Of a DNA stretch of 64,000 nt, positions 8,161-18,491 are shown in pieces. Below the pieces are notes generated by a model that was not told the DNA's origin, did not search any database, and saw nothing but the letters and a program-made list of their open reading frames with translations. The DNA is taken from NCBI GenBank assembly GCA_965207695.1, contig CBDBNA010000005.1, positions 121,144 through 185,143 of the forward strand, in the 5' to 3' direction. The translations under genes were made by a program, and so were the position numbers. This DNA is from Dehalococcoidia bacterium (GTDB lineage Bacteria > Chloroflexota > Dehalococcoidia > Bin125). Numbering within the stretch: the first letter of the stretch is position 1; every line of letters starts with the position of its first letter.

Positions 8161-8359
8161 GGCCTCAGGCGCCTCCCCATCCATCTCGATGGAGCGGAGG
8201 CCGTCGGGTGAAGTCGGCCGCCGGCCGCGCGTCCGGGGTGCTATACTGAGCGAGCCGGAGCCGGGAGGCGTCAACTCCCGCCGCCGTGCATCCAGGGGTC
8301 GCCATTTGGCCCCATGGTGCGTATAGGCGGCACTCCGCACACGGAGCGGCCCCGACCCG

Positions 8360-8401
8360 CCCCCGACGATACACCGTGGACCGTCGGGGGCGCTTCGCGT
8401 C
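8360..8401. repeat. Dispersed hairpin repeat family A, copy 3 (CCCCCGACGATACACCGTGGACCGTCGGGGGCGCTTCGCGTC)
   Basis: Matches 1216-1257 and 1356-1397. Sits 16 bp upstream of the 8418 start codon. Confidence 0.8.
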
Positions 8402-8417
8402 CGCGCCCGGAGTTCCC

Positions 8418-8828
8418 ATGCCCTCCTCCGTCATCCCCTCGTTCCGCTACGCCGACGCGCCCCGCATGATCGACTTCCTCTGCGACGCCTTCGGCTTCGA
8501 GCGCAACCTCGTCGTGCCCGACAGCGATGGCGGCGTCGCGCACGCGCAGCTGACCCTGGGCGACGGCATGATCATGCTCGGCTCGGCCCGCGACGACGAC
8601 TTCGGCGCGCTGGTCGTGACGGCCGCCGCGGCCGGCGCGCTGACCAGCTCCCCCTACGTGATCGTGCCCGACGTCGATGCGCACTGCGCGCGGGCCCGCG
8701 CCGCCGGGGCGGAGGTCGTGATGGAGCCGGCCGACCAGGACTACGGCGGCCGCCTCTACGCCGCCCGCGACCCCGAGGGGCAGCTCTGGAACTTCGGCTC
8801 CTACGACCCCTGGGCGGCGCCGGAGTAA
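8418..8828 (+). CDS. VOC family protein (glyoxalase/bleomycin-resistance fold)
   Basis: FRYADAPRMIDFLCDAFGFERNLVVPDSDGGVAHAQLTLGDGMIMLG...VVMEPADQDYGGRLYAARDPEGQLWNF is typical of VOC / PhnB-like proteins. Confidence 0.75.
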   Translation: MPSSVIPSFRYADAPRMIDFLCDAFGFERNLVVPDSDGGVAHAQLTLGDGMIMLGSARDDDFGALVVTAAAAGALTSSPYVIVPDVDAHCARARAAGAEVVMEPADQDYGGRLYAARDPEGQLWNFGSYDPWAAPE

Positions 8829-8838
8829 CCCCCCGCCG

Positions 8839-10353
8839 TCAGCCGATCCGCACGCCCTCGGCCGGGTAGCGGTAGCGCGCCTGGCCGCGGTCGGGCACGG
8901 TCAGCGCGACCATCAGCGGGGCCAGCCGGCCCACGAACATCAGCACGATCAGGATCGCCGTGCCCGCGCCCGAGAGCGTCGCCGTCACGCCCTGCGACCA
9001 GCCCACGTTGGCCAGCCCCGACATCGCCTCGAAGACCAGCGGCAGCACGGGGCCGTCCTCGGCCAGCATCATCGCGACCACGCCGACCGTCAGCGCCACG
9101 ACGCCCAGCAGCACGACCGCGATCGCCCGCAGCACGACGGCGTGCGGGATCTCGCGGCCGAACAGCTCGGCCTGGTGCCGCCCCCGCAGCGACGACACGA
9201 CCACCGCCAGCCCCACGACGAACGTGCCCACCTTGATCCCGCTCGCCGTCGAGGTGGAGGCGCCGCCGATGAACATCAGCGGCAGCAGCACGACGGTCGT
9301 CACGTCCTGCAGGGCGCTCATGTCCACCGCCGACATGCCCGTCGTGCGGTTGACCGAGAGGAAGAAGGAGTTGACCAGCGCCTCGAGCGGGGTGCGGCCG
9401 TCGAGCACGCGGCCCGACTGCACCTCGGCGGCGAGGAAGAGCGCCATGCAGCCGACGAGCAGGCCGGCCATCATCAGCACGACCATGCGCGTGTCGAGCG
9501 ACCAGCGCCGCCAGCCGCGCCGCAGGTCGAACACGGTCACGAAGGACAGGCTGCCCAGGAACGCCGCCACGCCCATCACGATCAGCGGGTAGGGCGCGCC
9601 GATCTGCGCTTGGAAGCTCTGCCGCCCGCCCATCAGGTCGAAGCCGGCGCTGTTGAAGGCCGAGACGGCGTGGAACAGCGCCGACCAGACCGCGCCCGCC
9701 CCGCCGAACTCGATCAGGAACCAGGGCAGCAGGAGGAGGAACGTCAGGACCTCCGCCACCGCGACGTAGATCAGCACCCGCCGCAGCAGCCGGCCGATGT
9801 CCCACTCGCCCGAGCCCGTCAACTCCATGCCGAAGAGGCTGCTGCCGCGCAGCCCGAAGCGGCGCCCCAGCAGCACCAGCAGCGAGCCCGCGTAGATCGT
9901 CACGCCCAGGCCGCCGATCTGGATCAGCGCGATGATCACGGCCTCGCCGAAGCCGCTCCAGTGCTCCGCCGTGTCGACCCGCACGAGGCCGGTCACGCAG
10001 ACCGCCGAGGTCGCCGTGAACAGCGCGTCGAGCCCGTTCGTCCAGCGGCCCGACTCCGCTGCCCAGGGCAGCGACAGCAGCGCCGCGCCGATGAGGATCG
10101 CCGCCCCGAAGGCGCCCACCAGGTACCAGGGCGTGGGGCGCAGGCGGATCACGCGCCGCGGGCGCTCGAGCGCGAAGACCTCCGTCTGCACGCGCCGGCG
10201 CCGCAGGACCACGTCGCCGGGGCGCCGCACCGTGCGCGACCGTGTCGTGCGCGCCTCCCCGCCGCCTCCGCCGCCGCCCCGTCCCCGCCGCGCCGCCGCC
10301 CGCCGCCACCCGGCCCGAAGCCACGCCCGCGGTCGCACAGCCATCGCCTCCAC
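8839..10353 (-). CDS. trkH: TrkH/KtrB family potassium uptake transporter
   Basis: Multi-pass membrane protein with repeated selectivity-filter-like segments (IQIGGLG, SAFNSAGF, GASTSTASGIKVGTF). N-terminal Arg/Gly-rich extension; the true start may lie downstream. Confidence 0.85.
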   Translation of the reverse strand: MEAMAVRPRAWLRAGWRRAAARRGRGGGGGGGEARTTRSRTVRRPGDVVLRRRRVQTEVFALERPRRVIRLRPTPWYLVGAFGAAILIGAALLSLPWAAESGRWTNGLDALFTATSAVCVTGLVRVDTAEHWSGFGEAVIIALIQIGGLGVTIYAGSLLVLLGRRFGLRGSSLFGMELTGSGEWDIGRLLRRVLIYVAVAEVLTFLLLLPWFLIEFGGAGAVWSALFHAVSAFNSAGFDLMGGRQSFQAQIGAPYPLIVMGVAAFLGSLSFVTVFDLRRGWRRWSLDTRMVVLMMAGLLVGCMALFLAAEVQSGRVLDGRTPLEALVNSFFLSVNRTTGMSAVDMSALQDVTTVVLLPLMFIGGASTSTASGIKVGTFVVGLAVVVSSLRGRHQAELFGREIPHAVVLRAIAVVLLGVVALTVGVVAMMLAEDGPVLPLVFEAMSGLANVGWSQGVTATLSGAGTAILIVLMFVGRLAPLMVALTVPDRGQARYRYPAEGVRIG

Positions 10354-10355
10354 CT

Positions 10356-10412
10356 CCCCCCGACGATACGCCCTCCGTCGCTACGCGCAGTCGTGAGGGG
10401 CGTCGGGTGTAC
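10356..10412. repeat. Divergent, longer variant of the family-A repeat (CCCCCGACGATACGCC...GGGGCGTCGGGTG)
   Basis: Head CCCCCGACGATAC and tail GGGGCGTCGGG resemble family A. Lies in the divergent intergenic region between trkH and the next plus-strand gene. Confidence 0.45.
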
Positions 10413-10463
10413 CATGGCCGCAGGTCGCAGAGCGACGTCCCAGGAAGGGATCCGACGTGCCCG

Positions 10464-11108
10464 ATGAACCGCAGTCCGCTCAGCCGCCTCCTCCACATCC
10501 GCCGCCTTCGTCGAACCCCGGCAGGATTCTCAGGGACGCTGGACAACCCCGGCGTCAGGCGAATAACGAACTCCGCTGACGACGCCGTGGACCCCGCTGA
10601 TGATCCGGGCGTCCCCCCGCCCCACGCTGCGCAGTCATTCGATCCCGAGAACTACCCGAGCCTCGACTTGGCGTTCCGGCAAGGCGTGCGCTCGTACTCG
10701 CAAGTCGCCGCCCGACTCACGGCCGTCCACGGACGGATCGATGCCCTTCAGTGGGCTGTGATATGGCTGACGGTCGCGTTCCCGATCGGTGTGCGGGCAG
10801 CCGACGGGGCCGCGAGCTTCACATCGGGATTCGCCATCGCTGCGTTCGCGTTGGCGGGAGTCACAGTCTTCCTGGGGCTGGCAGCCCGCGCATGGTCTGG
10901 AATGACGCTGGTCAACCCCGCCCGTCTCTACGCGCACTGGCTCCACCTGCCCGAAAAGGAGTTCAAGCTCCGCAGTCTCTATTGGGCGGGCCAGCACTTC
11001 GAAGAGAACTCCCGGGCCGTGAACCGGAAGTCGTTGCTTGCGTCGCTCATGGTCCTACTCCTGCTCGTCGAAGTCGGGCTGTTCGTCGCCTGGTTCGCGA
11101 GCACGTAG
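10464..11108 (+). CDS. Hypothetical membrane protein (start could instead be the in-frame ATG at 10413)
   Basis: Three to four predicted TM segments (WAVIWLTVAFPIGV, FAIAAFALAGVTVFLGLAA, LLASLMVLLLLVEVGLFVAWF). Lower GC (about 60%). The long 5' extension in the ORF track overlaps the trkH 5' end and is unlikely to be real. Confidence 0.45.
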   Translation: MNRSPLSRLLHIRRLRRTPAGFSGTLDNPGVRRITNSADDAVDPADDPGVPPPHAAQSFDPENYPSLDLAFRQGVRSYSQVAARLTAVHGRIDALQWAVIWLTVAFPIGVRAADGAASFTSGFAIAAFALAGVTVFLGLAARAWSGMTLVNPARLYAHWLHLPEKEFKLRSLYWAGQHFEENSRAVNRKSLLASLMVLLLLVEVGLFVAWFAST

Positions 11109-11139
11109 AGGCCGCTCCGGGCCTCCTTCCAGGCGCCTT

Positions 11140-11238
11140 GGGAGCCCCTTGGGAGCCCCTTCCGGACCCCTTCTGCACCCCTTCTGCACCCCTTCCGGAC
11201 CCCTTCTGCACCCCTTCTGCACCCCTTCCGGACCCCTT
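11140..11238. repeat. Perfect 11-bp tandem repeat array, 9 units (GGGAGCCCCTT x2; then [CCGGACCCCTT CTGCACCCCTT CTGCACCCCTT] x2 + CCGGACCCCTT), giving a 33-bp higher-order period
   Basis: Read directly from the sequence. Intergenic: 32 bp after the stop at 11108 and about 100 bp before the 11338 start. Confidence 0.95.
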
Positions 11239-11337
11239 GACGGACGAACGGACAACCCGCTACGATCATCCACAGAACCGCGTAACGCGTTCTGAGGCAC
11301 TTCGCGAACAATAGCTCGTCCCGACGCACGGGAGCCA

Positions 11338-12012
11338 ATGAGAGGCCCTCGTGTGTCCACTTCCATCGACGACCAACTACCCGATCCGCTGCCCGTCCGC
11401 GCCCGCAAGTGGGGCGCCGGCCCCCGCGTCCAGGAGCGCCTGCGCTCCGTCGCCGACCTCCGTCGGCGCGGCCTCGGGCGAGCCGAGATCGCCGCGAAAC
11501 TCGGCGTCTCCCCACCGACGATCTCCCGCGACCTGGCCCGCGTCGACCTGATCGAGCAGCACCAAGAGGCCGAGTTCGTGCACACGCAGCAGATCGAGTG
11601 CCTACTCTCCCTGCGCGAGCTCACGCTGGTCTGCTGGCACGTCATCTCCCGCTACCGCTACGACCCGGACCGCATCGCCGACATGGCCGCCGTCGCGAGC
11701 GTCGTCGTCGCCGCGCAGCGCGAGGCCGGGCGCATTCTCGCCGGCTCCCGAGACCCCAACGCCGGCGACTCCGACGGCGAGAATCGGGAGGACCAAGACA
11801 TAACCGAGGGAGAAACCCTCCTGATGAGCCTTCTCAACATCCAGAGACCCGATTATGGAGAGGGCGAGATCGCCGATCTGCGTCGGGCCGTCGACGCCGA
11901 TTTCTCCCGTTACCTGAAACCCTCCCGGCTCGCCGTCATCCAGCGCGGCCTGGCCCTCGTTCAACGCGACGCCCCCGACGCGCTGACGAACGCCGCCGCG
12001 CCCGACGACTGA
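11338..12012 (+). CDS. Hypothetical HTH-domain protein (sigma-70 region-4 / small-terminase-like helix-turn-helix), 224 aa
   Basis: LRRRGLGRAEIAAKLGVSPPTISRDLARV is a classic HTH. GC drops to about 52% in the 3' half. Bracketed by tandem-repeat arrays. Confidence 0.5.
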   Translation: MRGPRVSTSIDDQLPDPLPVRARKWGAGPRVQERLRSVADLRRRGLGRAEIAAKLGVSPPTISRDLARVDLIEQHQEAEFVHTQQIECLLSLRELTLVCWHVISRYRYDPDRIADMAAVASVVVAAQREAGRILAGSRDPNAGDSDGENREDQDITEGETLLMSLLNIQRPDYGEGEIADLRRAVDADFSRYLKPSRLAVIQRGLALVQRDAPDALTNAAAPDD

Positions 12013-12058
12013 CGCCGCGGCGCCGGCGCGGGCCCCGGCCGAAAAAAATGGCCGATTT

Positions 12059-12088
12059 CCTGCAAATTCCTGCAAATTCCTGCAAATC
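12059..12088. repeat. 10-bp tandem repeat x3 (CCTGCAAATT CCTGCAAATT CCTGCAAATC), preceded by an A7 run
   Basis: Read directly. Low-GC, 47 bp after the stop of the HTH gene. Confidence 0.9.
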
Positions 12089-12189
12089 GGCTCCCGGCGT
12101 TCGCTTCGCGGACCTCAAGATCCCCGCCGGCCCACACTGACCGACTCCGTCCCGGCACGATCCCGGGCCCCCGCCCGAGCCCCGCCGGC

Positions 12190-13239
12190 TCAGGCCTCCT
12201 CGCCCTCCCGGAAGCGCTGCTCGAAGCGGGCGCAGGCCTCGCGCAGGGCGTCCTCGGCCTCGATCCCTTGACGACGCATCAGGTCGCCCATCGCGAACAG
12301 GAGATCGCCGAACGCTCCAGACGCCTCCCCCCCGTCGGCGGCCCCAGCCAACGCCGCCGTCAGCGCCTCCGATAGCGCCGCCGGGACGTCGGCCGGGTCC
12401 CCTCCGGCGCCCCCCCGCGCCGCCCGGCCCGACAGTCGCTGCGCCCGCGCCAGGGCCGGCAGCGCCGCCGGGACGCCGTCGATCGCCGACTTTGCCCGCC
12501 CCCCGCCCGCCTTCCGCTCCTCCGCCTTCAGCGCCTCCCAGTTGCGCTCGACCTCGCCGGGCGTGGCCGCCTGCTCCTCCCCGAAGACGTGCGGGTGACG
12601 GCGCACCAGCTTCGCCCGGATGCCCTCCGCGACGTCGCCCAGCGTGAAGTCGCCCGACTGCTCGGCCAGGCGGGCGTGCAGCACGATCTGCATCAGCAGG
12701 TCGCCCAGCTCCTCGCGCAGGGCGTCGCGTGCCTCGGGGCCGGCGTCCGGCCGGGCCAGCCCGTCGAGCGCCTCCAGGACCTCGTACGTCTCCTCGAGCA
12801 GGTGCGGCCGCAACGACGCGTGGTCCTGGGCCAGATCCCAGGGGCACCCCCCCTCGGGGTCGCGCACGCGCCGGATGACCCCCACCAGCCCCCGCAGGTC
12901 GCCGCGCACCTCCTCGGCCGGCAGGGCCGGCAGCGCCAGCGCGATGAGCCCATCCTCCTCCCAGCCACGGCTCTCCGCGACGGCCCCAGCCGTGCTCGGC
13001 TGCCCCGCCGCGGCCCCGCCCGCGCCGTCGGACAGGAGCGGCCTGACGGGTGTCTCCGGCGGGTACTTGGCCAGCAGCGCCGATGGGTCTCCCGCCCCCC
13101 CGGCCAGCACGATCGTCGCCAGCGTCGCGTCGGCCTCGGCGCAGCGCGCCGCCGCCACGACCTGCACACCGGCCGCGGCGTCGATGCCCGCCGCCGCTAG
13201 CAGCGCGTCGATCGGGACGGGCGCGGGGTCGGTCGGCAT
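12190..13239 (-). CDS. mazG: Nucleoside triphosphate pyrophosphohydrolase MazG (tandem MazG domains) with an N-terminal extension
   Basis: CPWDLAQDHASLRPHLLEETYEVLEAL, then a second EEL(G)DLL(F/M)Q/A motif. Ala-rich linker. Confidence 0.8.
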   Translation of the reverse strand: MPTDPAPVPIDALLAAAGIDAAAGVQVVAAARCAEADATLATIVLAGGAGDPSALLAKYPPETPVRPLLSDGAGGAAAGQPSTAGAVAESRGWEEDGLIALALPALPAEEVRGDLRGLVGVIRRVRDPEGGCPWDLAQDHASLRPHLLEETYEVLEALDGLARPDAGPEARDALREELGDLLMQIVLHARLAEQSGDFTLGDVAEGIRAKLVRRHPHVFGEEQAATPGEVERNWEALKAEERKAGGGRAKSAIDGVPAALPALARAQRLSGRAARGGAGGDPADVPAALSEALTAALAGAADGGEASGAFGDLLFAMGDLMRRQGIEAEDALREACARFEQRFREGEEA

Positions 13240-13320
13240 GGGCGAACTCCACGGCGGCTACACTGCCGGCGGCCGCGCCCGGATGGGATCCGCGCCGGCG
13301 AAGGGCGAAGGGCACGCGGC

Positions 13321-14067
13321 ATGGATCGTAGCGCAGCCCCCGCTCTCGGCCGCCGCCTGCGGGAGCCGCCGCGGCTGCCCCCGGCCCTGCGTCCCTGGGC
13401 CTGGCGGCTGGCCGTGCTGGCCTTCGCCGTGGCGCTGCTGACCCTGCCCATCGCCTGGAGCGTGCGCTTCACGGCCCAGTCGGCCTGGTGGTGGGAGCGC
13501 GGCTTCGACCGCTACGACGCCGAACGCCGCACCGGCCTCGACCGGGCGGAGGTCGACCGGGCCGGGGCCGCCCTGCGCGCCTACTTCCTCTCGGACGACG
13601 AGCGGGCGGAGATCCCCGTCACGACCCCCGACGGCGCGACCGAGCCCCTGCTCAGCGAACGCGAGATCCTGCACATGGTCGACGTGAAGCTCCTGATCGT
13701 CCGCACCTACGACGCCGGCTGGGCCGCGATTGGGGTCATCGTCGCGTTCCTGCTGGGCGCCTGGTACTGGCGCAGACCCCGCGTCGGCGACGCCCTGGCT
13801 GGGGCGGGGCTCTACGCGGGCGCCGGCATCGGGCTGGCGATCGTTGTGCTGGGGGTCGTCGCCGTGACCGGCTTCGACGAGGCCTTCCGGCAGTTCCACC
13901 TGCTGTTCTTCACCAACGACCTCTGGCAATTGTCGAGCCGCGACCGCCTGATCCAGATGTTCCCGCAGGGCTTCTTCTTCGAGACGACGCTGCTGATCGG
14001 CGCGGCGACGATCGCCGTCGCGGGCGGGACTGCGCTGGCCGGCTGGGCCTGGCGCCGGCGCGGCTAG
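13321..14067 (+). CDS. TIGR01906/DUF1461 integral membrane protein (Lit-like lipoprotein intramolecular transacylase family)
   Basis: Topology and the segments RAYFLSDDE...EREILHMVDVK...FRQFHLLFFTNDLWQ...MFPQGFF match DUF1461. Confidence 0.7.
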   Translation: MDRSAAPALGRRLREPPRLPPALRPWAWRLAVLAFAVALLTLPIAWSVRFTAQSAWWWERGFDRYDAERRTGLDRAEVDRAGAALRAYFLSDDERAEIPVTTPDGATEPLLSEREILHMVDVKLLIVRTYDAGWAAIGVIVAFLLGAWYWRRPRVGDALAGAGLYAGAGIGLAIVVLGVVAVTGFDEAFRQFHLLFFTNDLWQLSSRDRLIQMFPQGFFFETTLLIGAATIAVAGGTALAGWAWRRRG

Positions 14068-14306
14068 TTCATCGAGCCGCAGCCGCACGACCCGCGGCCA
14101 CAGGGGCAGCCGCCGTCGGCCCGCGCATCGGCCTCCACCTCGCCGGGGCCGGGCGTTGCGCCGCTCAGCACGGCCGCCATCGTGATGACCTTCATCGCCC
14201 GGTGGCCGCAGCTGCACTGCGTCGAGGGCTCCGCCGCGGCCGAAACCGGGCGCAGTTGCGTGAAGCGCTCGTTGCAGCGCCGGCAGTAGTACTCGTAGAT
14301 CGGCAT
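14064..14306 (-). CDS. FmdB-family zinc-ribbon protein (80 aa)
   Basis: MPIYEYYCRRCNERF...CSCGH. C-terminal CPCGRGSCGCG cysteine cluster. Convergently overlaps the stop of the upstream gene by 4 bp. Confidence 0.7.
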   Translation of the reverse strand: MPIYEYYCRRCNERFTQLRPVSAAAEPSTQCSCGHRAMKVITMAAVLSGATPGPGEVEADARADGGCPCGRGSCGCGSMN

Positions 14307-14332
14307 CGTCCCACTCCCCCGCCCGGCGGGCG

Positions 14333-16353
<2,021 letters not shown>

Positions 16354-16357
<4 letters not shown>

Positions 16358-18333
16358 GAGGGGGCCTCTCCGTTTGTAGCGCCGGTCGTAGCGCCGTTCG
16401 TAGCGCCGTTCGTACCGGCCGATGGATGCGTCGCCGGGTCGGGCGTCGCGACGCCCGCCGGGGCGTGCAGCGCGCGTCCCCGCGCGTGACTCTCCAACAC
16501 CTGGGCGGCAGGCGAGGACTCGTCATCCGGCGTCCCGTGCGAGCCGTCCCGGGCGAGGTCGTAGGCGGCATCGTGCAGGGGCCGCGCACCGAGTTCGCGC
16601 TGCTTCTCGGCGAGCAGCCGCGCGTGCTCGCGCGCATCCTCCTGCATATGGAGGTGGCGGATGTTCCCGGCGATGTCCCGCGCCGCGACGCCCGGCTCGG
16701 CCAGCAGCGGCGGCGCGACGGGCCGCGCCCGCAGTTCCTCCGCCAGGGCCCCCAACTCACCCTCCCGCGATGCCGCGTCCTCGCCCGCCAGCAGCGAGCG
16801 CAGCAGTTCCCGCCGCAGCGCGTCGGGCACGAAGCCGGGCGTGCCGGCGTCCACCTCTGCGGCGGCGGCCGGGCCGTGCTGCAGCAGCGTGATCAGCGTC
16901 TCGGCGTGCTTGTCGATGCGCGTCAGCCGGCGGCGGGGCGGCGGCGCGGCGGCCGCTTCCGGGCGCGCGGCCGGCCCCGGCGAGGCCCGCAGGTGCGGCG
17001 GCACTTCGGCGATGCTGGCCCGCCGCCGCAGCGTGTCCACGTCGATTCGGCACATCTGCGCCAACCGCTGCATGTACTCGGCCCGCACGATCGGGTCGCT
17101 CGTCGCGGCGACCAGCGGCAGCAACTCCCCCATCAGCACGCTGCGCGCGCGGGGGTCCTCCAGGTCGTGCGCCTCGCGCCCGCGCCGGAAGCGATAGTCG
17201 AGGTAGCCCGGCGCCTCCCGCACCAGCGCCGACCAGCGCTCCGGGTCGAGCCGGATCAGGTCGTCGGGGTCGCGGTCCGGCGGCAGCTCGATGATGCGGA
17301 TGTCGGCCGCCAGCGTGTTCTGCATCCGCACCAGGCCCCGCGCCGTCACGACCGGCCGCGGCTCCGTGCCCACGGCCTCGCGCGCCGTGTCGATGCCGCG
17401 CACGGTCGCCGCCGCGCCCGCCGCGTCGGCGTCGAGCGCGAGCAGGATCTTGCGCGTCAGCGGCTTGATCAGCGCCACTTGCCGCTCCGTCAGCGCCGTC
17501 CCCATCGACGCGACGACGTGCGTCTGCTCGTGCTGGTGGGCGGCGATCACGTCCATGTAGCCCTCGACGACGATCACGTGGTCGGCGCGGCGGATGTCGT
17601 CGCGGGCGCGGTCCAGGCCGTAGAGCAGCGAACTCTTGTCGAACAGCGGCGTCTGCGGCGTATTGAGGTACTTGACATCCGAGTCGTCGAGGGCGCGCGC
17701 GCCGAATCCGACGCAGCGGCCCTGCGGGTCGCGGATGGGGAAGATCAGCCGGCCGCGGAAGCGGTCGCGGACGGGACCCTCCCCCTCGACGCTGAGCCCG
17801 GCGGTCGCGATCTCCTCCGCGCTGTAGCCCCGCGCCGACAGGTAGCCGCGCAGCGCGTCGGGCGCCGCCGGGGCGTAGCCCAGGCCGAACTGCTCCGCCA
17901 CCGCGTCGGGCACGCCGCGCCGTTCGAGGTAGCCGCGCGCCTCCGCCGCCTCCGCGTCCGCGAGGCTGCGGCGGTAGAAGCGCGCCGCCGCCTCGTTGAC
18001 GCTGCGCAACCGTCCCAGCCGCTTCTGGCGCTCCTCGGCCTGGGCGTCCATCGGGGCCACCTGGACGCCCGCCCGCTCGGCCAGGATGCGCAGCGCCTCG
18101 CGGAACTCCACCCCCTGGCGCTTCATGACCCAGGAGAAGACGTCGCCGCCCTCGCTACAGGCGCCGAAACAGCGCCACGTCTGGCGGCTGGGGTCGACGA
18201 TGAACGAGGGCGTCTTCTCGGCGTGGAAGGGGCACAGGGCCTTGAACGTGCGGCCCGACTTGCGCAGCGCGACCGACTCGCCCACCAACTCGGCGATGTC
18301 CACCCGCGCCTTGACCTCGTCGACGACGCTCAA
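16354..18333 (-). CDS. dnaG: DNA primase DnaG
   Basis: Zinc-binding [11 protein letters not shown]; TOPRIM core ([23 protein letters not shown]). Its stop overlaps the rpoD start by 4 bp. Confidence 0.9.
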
Positions 18334-18491
18334 CCCGCACTCCCCCTCGCGCGTGCCAAGCCGGCGCCGTCTCCCCAGCAGCCGAGGACGGCCCCGCTTC
18401 TTGCGCCCCAGTGTAGACAGGCAGTCAAGCTGTCAAGTCGGCCGTTTGACAGGTGCGGCCCGAGGGACCGTTCGGGAGGCCGGGCGGCGGG

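Noticed and set aside
1066-8401. Family-A hairpin repeats as integron attC sites
   Set aside because: The copies lie upstream, not downstream, of ordinary housekeeping genes (uvrD, VOC). There is no intI, no GTTRRRY core sites, and no same-orientation promoterless cassette array.
8801-10546. 581-aa minus-strand ORF and 441-aa plus-strand ORF overlapping trkH
   Set aside because: TrkH (frame 8839-10353) has clear transporter motifs. The overlapping frames are R/G/P-rich with no motifs.
11140-11238. CRISPR array?
   Set aside because: The 11-bp units are contiguous, with no spacers and no repeat-spacer periodicity of 28-37 + 30-40 bp. There are no cas genes nearby. It is a simple tandem repeat.
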